A DNA stretch of 64,000 nucleotides from Candidatus Latescibacterota bacterium. GTDB lineage: Bacteria > Latescibacterota > UBA2968. The stretch spans positions 1,728,001-1,792,000 of the forward strand of contig OZ242320.1 of assembly GCA_965208125.1 (NCBI GenBank). The letters are read 5' to 3'. Each line of letters opens with the position of its first letter. Position 1 is the stretch's first letter. Below, piece after piece: positions 1 to 8,089 of the stretch. The translations under genes and the position numbers were made by a program. Under the pieces are notes generated by a model. That model did not search any database and was not told the origin of the DNA. It worked only from the letters and a program-made list of their open reading frames with translations.

Positions 1-1258
1 CGACGTTATTCATAATAACCGAGAATGCAATTATACCTTGAAGTTTCTGCGCGGACCCATACGTAGAGCTGAAATAAGACAACGTGCCAATTCCTTTCAC
101 GTCGTTATACACGCTTAAATATCTACCTTGGAACGAAATGGACGAATAAACCTCTTGATGAGCTTGGTAGTGGTAATATGCCACATTTGGAATGAAGATC
201 AGGAAATCGAACTCATCGCTAAAATGCTCATAGAAGCGCGTCGAGTAATCTGCCAGTGACCAATTCTTGGAGGCGAAAAGGGTGAGAACATTTTCGGCGA
301 TGGGTAAGACAAACACGTTATCGTTGTATATTTGTTGTGAAGATACCAGTGAGGAAAACTCAACTGTGACTCCCATATTTCGCAGTGCTGGAATATGTGT
401 GTTTATGGATTCGCGGCTGAGGGGGTTTGCATAGAAATGAACTGCGCTGCCAGAGGTCATGATTTTCAGCAGAGGTGCTATATCAAAGATTTTGTTAGAG
501 CTAAAAGAAGCACTTTGTAGCTGCAAGCCGACCAGCGGTGACAAATCAGAGATTTTAGTTCTATCAAGATATACGTGAGACAGCTTGCTTAAACTGGCCA
601 ATGGCGACAGGTCGGCCTCACTCAAGTCCACGTCCTTGAGCCAAAATAACTCCAAGTTGGTGGCATGCTCGATACCCGTCAAATCCTTAATACCGCTTTC
701 ATGTATCTGATCCCATTCATCCTCAGTTATCAGCGTCAGCGAATAGGACGAGGGGACATGTGCGTAAAAATCGTAATAGAGGTTCTTCAACTTTTCCATT
801 TCAGCCTTGAGGATTGGGGCACCTCTCGCTTTCTGCCGCCCCGCTCCGCCTCTCTCAGGCTCCAAGCGAAGGTACGCCTCAATGAGCAACCGCAAGTTGG
901 GGTCGGGGATGGCGACAACTGAGGGAGGTACTTCTTTCCCAAAGTGCTGAACAAAAATAAAAAAGTCGGAAAGTCCAATTGTTCCATCCGCATCCAGATC
1001 ATATCGGGCTTCGTATTTTCCATCACCTTGGCTTGACCCAAACACGCGCGTAAAGATCAGAAAATCGGAGAACCCGACTGTCCCATCGTCGTCGAAGTCG
1101 GGAAGAGACGCGGTATCATCTCCATCGGTATGGGATGTAACCGCAAGTGTTGTCGTAGCATCCTTATCCATACTGGAACCCATCGTTTGTTCACAGACAA
1201 ATACCAGCAGCACCAGCGTGAGGAAGGTTATATATTTCAAACACTTTTGATAGGGCAT
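1..1258 (-). CDS. Secreted dockerin-like (paired EF-hand) + LRR protein with a further C-terminal domain; runs off the window (missing from the ORF track)
   Basis: Manual translation from ATG 1258 (GAGGAG RBS upstream): MPYQKCLKYITFLTLVLLVFVC signal, PDFDDDGTVGFSDFLIF...YDLDADGTIGLSDFFIFVQHFG duplicated Ca-loop, IPDPNLR internalin-type cap, IKDLTGIEHATNL/ISDLSPL LRRs, NPLSRESINTHIPAL cap; frame open to position 1. Confidence 0.85.
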   Translation of the reverse strand, partial: MPYQKCLKYITFLTLVLLVFVCEQTMGSSMDKDATTTLAVTSHTDGDDTASLPDFDDDGTVGFSDFLIFTRVFGSSQGDGKYEARYDLDADGTIGLSDFFIFVQHFGKEVPPSVVAIPDPNLRLLIEAYLRLEPERGGAGRQKARGAPILKAEMEKLKNLYYDFYAHVPSSYSLTLITEDEWDQIHESGIKDLTGIEHATNLELFWLKDVDLSEADLSPLASLSKLSHVYLDRTKISDLSPLVGLQLQSASFSSNKIFDIAPLLKIMTSGSAVHFYANPLSRESINTHIPALRNMGVTVEFSSLVSSQQIYNDNVFVLPIAENVLTLFASKNWSLADYSTRFYEHFSDEFDFLIFIPNVAYYHYQAHQEVYSSISFQGRYLSVYNDVKGIGTLSYFSSTYGSAQKLQGIIAFSVIMNNV

Positions 1259-1280
1259 GTTATCATCTCCTCATTTGCCA

Positions 1281-2087
1281 TTACTTCAGCAACATCATGC
1301 GCTGAACTTGTGAAAAATCGCCCACACTCAGGCGATAAATGTAAATCCCACTGGCCACTTGCTTGCCAAATTCATCTGTGCCATCCCAAACGACTGAGTG
1401 AAAACCCGCATCCATTGTCTCTTGAATCAGAGTGCGGACTTCTTGTCCGAGCAGGTTGTAGATCACCAGTTGGACATCACCCGCTTCGGGCAAACGATAT
1501 GCAATCGTCGTGGACGGGTTAAAGGGATTGGGGACATTTTGTTCAAGGGCGTAATCTGTGGGCATAGGCTTGAGGTTCCCAACTTCAATATTCGTTATGG
1601 CATCAATACCACCAGCCAGATCAACCATCACACCGTCGAGAATCTGAAAATCAGAGGCAAGGGGTGTCTGTGTGGTTCTAAACACAAACTCAACCAGAGC
1701 ACCATCGCCACTGACAGCCTGACCATCAACCTTCATCGCGCCAACCGCCACTTGCCCGGGCGTCTTGTTAGACGCGAGAAAAAGCGCGGGCTGCCCGCTG
1801 TTCGCATCGAGTAGATTTTGATCGACCTGACGTGCTTCGACAAACTCGTACTTCGATTGATCGTATTGAAGCACAAAACCATAGCCCTTCAATTTCTGCG
1901 CGTGATTAATCGCGACCTGCAACTGCAAAACACCATCTTCAGCAACAATATTTTGCGTGCGCTGCAGCACCAGACTTGCCAAGCTATTTTCACCACCTGT
2001 AAATTCTATCCCCTGCGTCAAAGGGCCAGCAATGACCGAGCCAACCAACCCCAGTCCCAAACATGTCGTAAGAATCAAACGCTTCAT
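1281..2087 (-). CDS. Secreted cohesin-like domain + FlgD-Ig/T9SS type A sorting-domain protein
   Basis: Signal peptide; LQVAI..LKGYGFVLQYD...SGDGALVEFVF cohesin-like beta sandwich; C-terminal YALEQNVPNPFNPSTTIAY...VVWDG...ASGIYIYRL...MMLLK. Confidence 0.85.
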   Translation of the reverse strand: MKRLILTTCLGLGLVGSVIAGPLTQGIEFTGGENSLASLVLQRTQNIVAEDGVLQLQVAINHAQKLKGYGFVLQYDQSKYEFVEARQVDQNLLDANSGQPALFLASNKTPGQVAVGAMKVDGQAVSGDGALVEFVFRTTQTPLASDFQILDGVMVDLAGGIDAITNIEVGNLKPMPTDYALEQNVPNPFNPSTTIAYRLPEAGDVQLVIYNLLGQEVRTLIQETMDAGFHSVVWDGTDEFGKQVASGIYIYRLSVGDFSQVQRMMLLK

Positions 2088-2224
2088 AACACGTCCTCCT
2101 GTTGAAAAATATTCTATGGAACAGTTCTGAAAATTTGCGATTTACCTGAGGGGTGTGCATAAAAGGAGATTGACACAGTCGGTAAAAAGTCGCCACTAAA
2201 TAATTACGATTTTAGAAACTTATC

Positions 2225-2630
2225 TCAAAATTCTCCCGAACAGCTTTGTGACCCATCTACGGCACTGACGAGCGTTATTCCTCCATTAGCTGATACTGCC
2301 CCCCAAAATCCTGCCCACTCTCACATCGGCTCCTCGTGTCGCTATCGAGATTAAGTTGAGAACACGCGATTTTGTTTTGAGCGCAGCACGCAAAGCTTCC
2401 TCTTGAGTAGCACCCGTGCCGCTACCACTCCCCGATCCAGAGGGCGAACTAACATTTCCCAATGTCGATGGCATAAGGGTCAACGTCACGTCACATGACC
2501 ATGCATTCGATCCACTCGCATTGTCCTTTCCACAGGCAGAAGCAAAGCACAGAATCATCAGAATGGCTCCAAAGAAAAGAGACAGCTTAAATTTATATCC
2601 GATGTCCCTTTTTTTACACGTTGGTTGCAT
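2225..2630 (-). pseudogene. Small Cys-containing lipoprotein broken by two frameshifts
   Basis: Lipobox FASA-C. Removing one copy of a 5-nt duplication (2370-2379) and adding one G to a G6 run (2299-2304) gives a continuous ...LKIACSQLNLDSDTRSRCESGQDFGGAVSANGGITLVSAVDGSQSCSGEF* ending at 2225. Confidence 0.65.
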
Positions 2631-2706
2631 AGCATTCTCACTTTTTTCAGGTCAAGGTTATTATTGGATACCTCAATTCAGGACAATGTCTCGATGATTT
2701 CAACGC

Positions 2707-4524
2707 CTAATACGCAGTATAAATCGTCCAACTATTGCTGCCACTATTTCTCGAAGCATGAAAATTCCAGCTTACACCATTTATCGATGTATTGTTGATG
2801 ACTATGCTGTTTCCAGAACTGAAAAACAGGATAGATCCCCTTCCAGAACTGGAAACCGAGAAGGTATGGCCTTTGTAAGTACAACTTCCATTAGGATTTA
2901 CGACCAGCCCAGCAGTACAGGCTCCACCGCTACCACTGCTACCACCACCGCTACTGTCAAATTCTACTGTAACGCCTCTGCGCTGAAGGGTTGGAATGTG
3001 CGTATTGATGGATGTACTGCTCAACGGATTGCTTTTCAAATCAACTTCGTCACCACTGCCCAATCCCGTATTTGCCACTAATGGCGAAATATCAGAGATA
3101 CTGTTGGTGTAAAGCTCCAGCGTTTCCAGATTGGTCAAGTTGGACAGCGCGGATATATCAGAGATACTGTTGGTGTGAAGAGACAGCGTTTCCAGGTTTG
3201 TCAAGTTGGACAGCGCGGATATATCAGAGATACTGTTGCGCGAAAGATACAGCCTTTCCAGATTGGTCAAGTTGGACAGCGCGGATATATCAGAGATACT
3301 GTTAAAGTCAAGATACAGCCTTTCCAGGTTTGTCAAGTTGGACAGCGCGGATATATCAGAGATACTGTTGGAGATAAGCCACAGCGTTTCCAGATTGGTC
3401 AAGCTGGACAGCGCGGATATATCAGAGATACTGTTAAAGTCAAGACCGAGGTATGTCAGATTGGTCAAGTTGGACAGCGCGGATATATCAGAGATACTGT
3501 TGTTGCGAAGCCACAGCCTTTCCAGGTTTGTCAAGTTGGACAGCGCGGATATATCAGAGATACTGTTGGTGTTATTCGCCCCCACAGAACCAAGATCCAG
3601 CAATTGCAAATTGGTTGCATGCTCAAGCCCTGTCAGATTGCGAATGCCCTTATTGCGCGCACGAATGCTTGTCAAGGTCGCCATCTCTGCCCGGGTAATC
3701 GATGCACCCCTCGACTTGCCCAGACTGTCTGCGATCACCGCACGAAGGTTTGCATCTGGAATGTCAACTATCCCCGTACTGCCACTACCGCCACTACCGC
3801 CACCACCGCCACCGCCAGAGGATGGCACCTGACTGCCGAAGCTATCGACAAGGATCAGAAAATCTGGAATCCCGATCGCGCCATTGCTATCCAGATCATA
3901 CTTCGCATCATATCCCGCATCACCACGACTTGTCCCGAAATGATCTACAAACTGCAAAAAATCGGGAATACCAACCACACCATTGCCATCAAAGTCGGGA
4001 GAGGGATTGGTGTTATTGGCATTAAATGAGATCACATCTGTTGTTGTGACATCATCTTTTGATGTGCTACTTGCCTGCAAACTAATCGTCGCAATGCCCA
4101 GGGTAAACGCCCGACCTGTGACATCCACCACAGTAGAAAACTCAGCCCGTGCCAGAAAACCAGACGATGGCAATGTGACGGGTGACAAAGCGAGGAAGGT
4201 CGCGCCCTTATCATCGAGAATTGGGGAAAAGGCACTGTTCTCGACTTTGTCAACTTTCAAAAGGGAAGCATCAAAGTCAAATTTGATGACCACAGCCGGC
4301 AATGGCGTCGTCACACCTTTGGCGAAAACCTCAACCGCAATTTTCGTGCCCTGTCCAGACACGGTTCCCGATGTAACGCCGTCGTCCATCTGATTACCTG
4401 CCCCACCATCCGCAATCAGATCTATCGACACTGTGGCATTGGCATTGGGACCCGCAAATGCCTGACTCGTACAGGCCAGCACTGAAAAGGCGAGTAATAG
4501 ACAGCAGATATTTTTGAAAAACAT
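2707..4524 (-). CDS. Secreted cohesin-like + dockerin-like + internalin-type LRR protein
   Basis: Signal peptide; KIAVEVFAKG..VVIKFDFDASLLKV cohesin-like region; PDFDGNGVVGIPDFL...YDLDSNGAIGIPDFL dockerin-like pair; Gly/Ser linkers; seven 22-aa LRRs; small Cys-containing C-terminal domain. Confidence 0.9.
   Translation of the reverse strand: MFFKNICCLLLAFSVLACTSQAFAGPNANATVSIDLIADGGAGNQMDDGVTSGTVSGQGTKIAVEVFAKGVTTPLPAVVIKFDFDASLLKVDKVENSAFSPILDDKGATFLALSPVTLPSSGFLARAEFSTVVDVTGRAFTLGIATISLQASSTSKDDVTTTDVISFNANNTNPSPDFDGNGVVGIPDFLQFVDHFGTSRGDAGYDAKYDLDSNGAIGIPDFLILVDSFGSQVPSSGGGGGGGSGGSGSTGIVDIPDANLRAVIADSLGKSRGASITRAEMATLTSIRARNKGIRNLTGLEHATNLQLLDLGSVGANNTNSISDISALSNLTNLERLWLRNNSISDISALSNLTNLTYLGLDFNSISDISALSSLTNLETLWLISNSISDISALSNLTNLERLYLDFNSISDISALSNLTNLERLYLSRNSISDISALSNLTNLETLSLHTNSISDISALSNLTNLETLELYTNSISDISPLVANTGLGSGDEVDLKSNPLSSTSINTHIPTLQRRGVTVEFDSSGGGSSGSGGACTAGLVVNPNGSCTYKGHTFSVSSSGRGSILFFSSGNSIVINNTSINGVSWNFHASRNSGSNSWTIYTAY
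3089..3567 (-). repeat. 66-bp tandem repeat encoding 22-aa LRR units (7 full units, 8 ISDIS anchors)
   Basis: ATATCAGAGATACTGTT recurs every 66 nt; protein unit ISDISALSNLTNLxxLxLxxNS. Confidence 0.95.
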
Positions 4525-5061
4525 ATCTCCTCCTTTATGGAATATGTAGCATTTTCATCGCATGCTTCTCAGTTTGCAGACAAAAAAATAGATCGATGTG
4601 AATAAAAAAACCTATCTGGTGAACAGATAGGTAGCAGACAAGCGACAAGAAAGAGTGACGCGCTCTGATAAGAGAGGGGGTGCCTGCTTGCGCGATAGCA
4701 GGCGCGAAAGGCATGGTTGAGAGAAGGAGCGGTAAAAAGAGGGTTTACCCCCCCCCCTCCCCAATCATCTGATAAATTGTTAAAAGACAACAATTTGTAG
4801 AAATTTTGGGGCGAGCAGAAAAGGCTTCTGCTATATTTTGGGCATGATGAATGGAGAGAAAATTTGAAATCAACCGGTACAAGGTCTTGCCCTTTCGATT
4901 ACGAGACACACACCAAAATCTCGGTACAAAATAGTAAAATTAGTGGAAATTTCCAAATCCTTTTTCTATGTGAAGCCCCCCAACCCCCGCCAGCAAAACA
5001 AGAAACACCGGCTACCCCACCCCATGCCGATCTTACCCGTTGAGGGTAATCTTCGGCGAGA

Positions 5062-5227
5062 ATATACGGTCACTGTCAAGAGGGGCAAGAACGTTCAGAA
5101 ACACAACAAAGTCCGGCGTCTCCGTGCTCCAAACGGGGGCGTCATTTTTTTCGGCTCCTGTAGCCTCTCCCGAGACTACCCCCAAAAAAACGCCTCGGTG
5201 CTGCCACTCTTGACAGCGCCCGTGTGT
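5062..5227. other. Long nested inverted-repeat structure containing TTGACA in its arms
   Basis: CTGTCAAGAGGGGCA (5073-5087) matches the reverse complement of TGCCACTCTTGACAG (5202-5216) at 14/15; inner GGCGTC-T7 / A7-CGCC stem and GTAG.CTC...GAG.CTAC hairpin. Confidence 0.6.
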
Positions 5228-5277
5228 AAAAGGTGTATTTAAAATCTGTCTGGAAAAGGCAGAACACCATAAAGGCA

Positions 5278-5360
5278 GATGGCTAATCCGTCAGTCGCCC
5301 TTCTTTGCTTTCCAATCGGGAAGTGAGGAAGGGCTTTTCGTTGCTGGCGGATGGCTGTCA
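5278..5360. ncRNA. Structured symE leader / candidate SymR-like antisense antitoxin region
   Basis: ATGGCTAATCCGTCAG pairs with CTGGCGGATGGCTGT and encloses a GCCCTTCTTTGCTTTCC / GGGAAGTGAGGAAGGGC hairpin, directly upstream of the symE RBS; function inferred from symE/symR. Confidence 0.4.
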
Positions 5361-5378
5361 TTTCACAGGAGGTTGGTT

Positions 5379-5590
5379 ATGCAGTCTGTCCGTTGTCTTA
5401 CCGTTGGTCGTCGTTCTCGCCGGTGCTATATCGATCTTTCGACCCGTGATATGTCCGGCAATGTCGTTTATGACAAGATGAAGTCTGTCGATAATTCTTG
5501 TCCATTGCTCAGACTCTCTGGGCATTGGCTGGCTGAGGCTGGCTTTGAGATGGGCGCGAAGGTGGAGGTTGAGGTCTCAAAAGGTCAACC
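5379..5590 (+). pseudogene. symE: SymE-family type I toxin, C-terminally truncated
   Basis: AGGAGG RBS, ATG 5379; PLLRLSGHWLAEAGFEMGAKVEVEVSKGQ is the SymE signature; the last beta strand is replaced by antisense sequence of the nuclease gene. Confidence 0.75.
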
Positions 5591-5980
5591 GGCTTTTCCT
5601 TCTGCCACCTCTCCCTTTCGCCACATGTTGAAAACTATTGAATTTGGGCATATATCCAGACAGAGAAGATATTCGTATTGACGGTCAAGGCGAACATGAT
5701 TGAACTGAAAGGTGCCATTTGCTCCTAACGATGCAGTCTTGACTTCAAAGTGACGTCCCTCAATAGTCATGTCGGTTCTCGACGTTCGGTTGCCATTTTC
5801 AACGTCAATGCCCTTTCTGGACAAAAAACGACGGACGAATTCCTCTCCAATTTCACCGCGATTCGTATTTCCCAAGTTTCGGTAGCCAGCCAGCGGGGAA
5901 TTACGCCATATATCTTCCGGCGTATGTTCCTCTATGATCGAAGCAAGTAACGCAACAGCATTTATGTCGGGGGTTTCCAA
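5585..5980 (-). CDS. PD-(D/E)xK restriction endonuclease-like protein, probably C-terminally truncated
   Basis: GEIGEEFV...DMTIEGRHFEVKTAS motif; overlaps the methylase stop; ends at the junction with symE. Confidence 0.65.
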   Translation of the reverse strand: METPDINAVALLASIIEEHTPEDIWRNSPLAGYRNLGNTNRGEIGEEFVRRFLSRKGIDVENGNRTSRTDMTIEGRHFEVKTASLGANGTFQFNHVRLDRQYEYLLCLDICPNSIVFNMWRKGEVAEGKAG

Positions 5981-6666
5981 ATCGACCGTCCATTTTGTCT
6001 TTTCCAGAAAACCAGGAAATACGAATGGTTCTTGCGCGCGTGAACTTGCCGAACAACTCGGCTTACGCCAGGACGGTTATTGCGAGTTACAACAAACAAG
6101 TCTTCGCAAATAAACCCAATATCCTGATATGCCAACATTATTTCCACATGCGTAAATCTCTGACGGTTGGCGCATACTTCGTCTTGGCACTTTACAATCA
6201 ACACGCCACGGTTTCTTAAAACCCGATGCGCTTCTAATCCACCACTTCGGTACAACTCGACAACCGCATCGTGATATTTCGCCCCGGTATCTGAATGGGT
6301 TTCGTTATTTCGATAATGAGACTCGAACGCCTTATGGGTTCTGTGGGCAGTGCCACCCGGCGTGTGCATGTACGGCGGATCAAAAACCACGCAATCTATT
6401 TCTCCATCTCCATAAGGAAGATTTCGGCAATCTACTCCACACAGTATATCCGTAGCATGCAGTTTATATAATCCATCTGGAACGTGATGCCAGAACACTC
6501 CTTTGCCGTAGGTAACATCAGCAATTTCACTTCCAAGAGACACATAAAGCTTGAGAATACGAGGGAAAACGCGCTCATTACCATCGGTATATGAACTCAA
6601 TACCAGGTCATTTGTTGGCTTTCCATGCTTCACAGATCGTTTTTCAAACGAAATCGCAGACTGCAT
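5962..6666 (-). CDS. Amino (N6-A/N4-C) DNA methyltransferase
   Basis: DVTYGKGVFW SAM-binding motif and DPPY catalytic motif; likely start ATG 6666 with GAGAGG RBS. Confidence 0.85.
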   Translation of the reverse strand: MQSAISFEKRSVKHGKPTNDLVLSSYTDGNERVFPRILKLYVSLGSEIADVTYGKGVFWHHVPDGLYKLHATDILCGVDCRNLPYGDGEIDCVVFDPPYMHTPGGTAHRTHKAFESHYRNNETHSDTGAKYHDAVVELYRSGGLEAHRVLRNRGVLIVKCQDEVCANRQRFTHVEIMLAYQDIGFICEDLFVVTRNNRPGVSRVVRQVHARKNHSYFLVFWKRQNGRSIWKPPT

Positions 6667-6679
6667 CGTTACCTCTCGC

Positions 6680-6843
6680 GCAAATATCAATGGCACAGCA
6701 ATGCTCGCTCTGATTGCCGTGCCGAGCGAGCCTTTTTTAATCACAACGTGTTCGCCAGATAAAATATCTGTTGCAATTGCGCGGAAAGGCGTTGGCAACC
6801 GATCAAAATCGTTTCGCGCTCGATACGTTGCGCCAATGGTCAA
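6680..6843 (-). pseudogene. Internal fragment of a patatin-like phospholipase
   Basis: DFDRLPTPFRAIATDILSGEHVVIKKGSLGTAIRASIAVPLIF; no GxSxG or DGG motif. Confidence 0.75.
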
Positions 6844-7102
6844 TATTTGATTCTCGGCTTTGAAAGATCGGTTCGTTCTCAGCTAACTTATGGCAAATCA
6901 AATCATTTTATGCACATATCTCAATGAATTACAAAAGTTAAAAAAAAACGATATATCGTTTTAAAGCCAATATATCGCCCTTATTAAAGAGGAACAAGTC
7001 TTATTCGGATTGCGTCTGTAGCAGGGGAATCAGGCCATCAGAAAGTAATTGTGCAGCTATCAGCCTGTGTTTTTGTCTTTTCTGACCACTGATTGCTGAC
7101 CT

Positions 7103-7789
7103 TTATTCCGCTTCCATAACTTCCGGATCCAGTTGATACCAGAACACCTCACCGGATTCAACGAGACCCCGTATCCGGTCATCTCGGCGCAAACCCACAA
7201 CAGCGGAAAATGCCTGCTTACCGGTAAACCTGGTCAGGAACTCGGCATTTCGGAGGGCGCGACTGGTATCCCGTCCATTGGCGGTGAATGAGATTTCCAC
7301 GGCAATGTAGCAGGGATTGCCATTCTGGTCGGTGGTCTCTATAATCAGATCGGCGCGGCGGAAACTTCTCAACTCGTTTGTTGGAATGCCAGACGTGTCG
7401 GCATCGTTAATCATATCCCACAGATCAAACTCAGTGAGGTCTTTGACCCACCGAAAGCCCATCTCACTGGCTATGAAGGGCGTCTCCCGAAGCGCGGCAC
7501 TCCGTGCGTGGGCACCTTTGAGTATGCCGACATCATCCTGGATAGCCGCCACTCTATTTTCGAGCGCGTCAAAGCGTCGGTTCGTAGCCTCGACGAACCT
7601 GTGCATCTCTGCAACAAAGCTATTCATCTCTGCAACAAAGCTATTCATCTCTGCCACGAATTGGTTGAACCTTTCGGGCAGCTCAATCAATTCCCTCGTC
7701 AGCAACCGGGCACGCAGAGCATCCGCCCACTCAGGATGGTCGTCTATGATGCGAATGAGGTCTTCTATTGTATGAATCGTGGTGGTCAC
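7103..7789 (-). CDS. Coiled-coil + PD-(D/E)xK-like hypothetical protein with a 21-bp internal tandem repeat
   Basis: FVAEMNS heptad repeats (about 7604-7660); ADLII...YIAVEIS nuclease-like motif. Confidence 0.7.
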   Translation of the reverse strand: MTTTIHTIEDLIRIIDDHPEWADALRARLLTRELIELPERFNQFVAEMNSFVAEMNSFVAEMHRFVEATNRRFDALENRVAAIQDDVGILKGAHARSAALRETPFIASEMGFRWVKDLTEFDLWDMINDADTSGIPTNELRSFRRADLIIETTDQNGNPCYIAVEISFTANGRDTSRALRNAEFLTRFTGKQAFSAVVGLRRDDRIRGLVESGEVFWYQLDPEVMEAE

Positions 7790-8089
7790 AGGATTTCCTC
7801 AGTGGCTGTTTTACCCATCATTCAATTAGCGGGATTAAAAAAATAATTTACTCAACCAAATCAATATATGAAAATTGAGCGTACAGAGCAATATAGCGTC
7901 TGTAAATTTTGTGAGATGGCCATTCAAAAAAGCAACCACAGTATGGAAAAGTCACCGTTGCTGTTGTGAACGGGTAAATCAAAAACGCGATGGATAGAAT
8001 TGCAAGAACTGAGCCCCATTTAAGCATGATGGACTCCTTATACTTTTGCGGTTCGCCCGCTAACGAGGAATCCAGCTACCTGAATAGCG

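Noticed and set aside
3089-3567. CRISPR array or DGR variable region
   Set aside because: The 66-bp period is in-frame coding LRR; the variable parts are short and related; no cas or reverse transcriptase gene and no template repeat in the window
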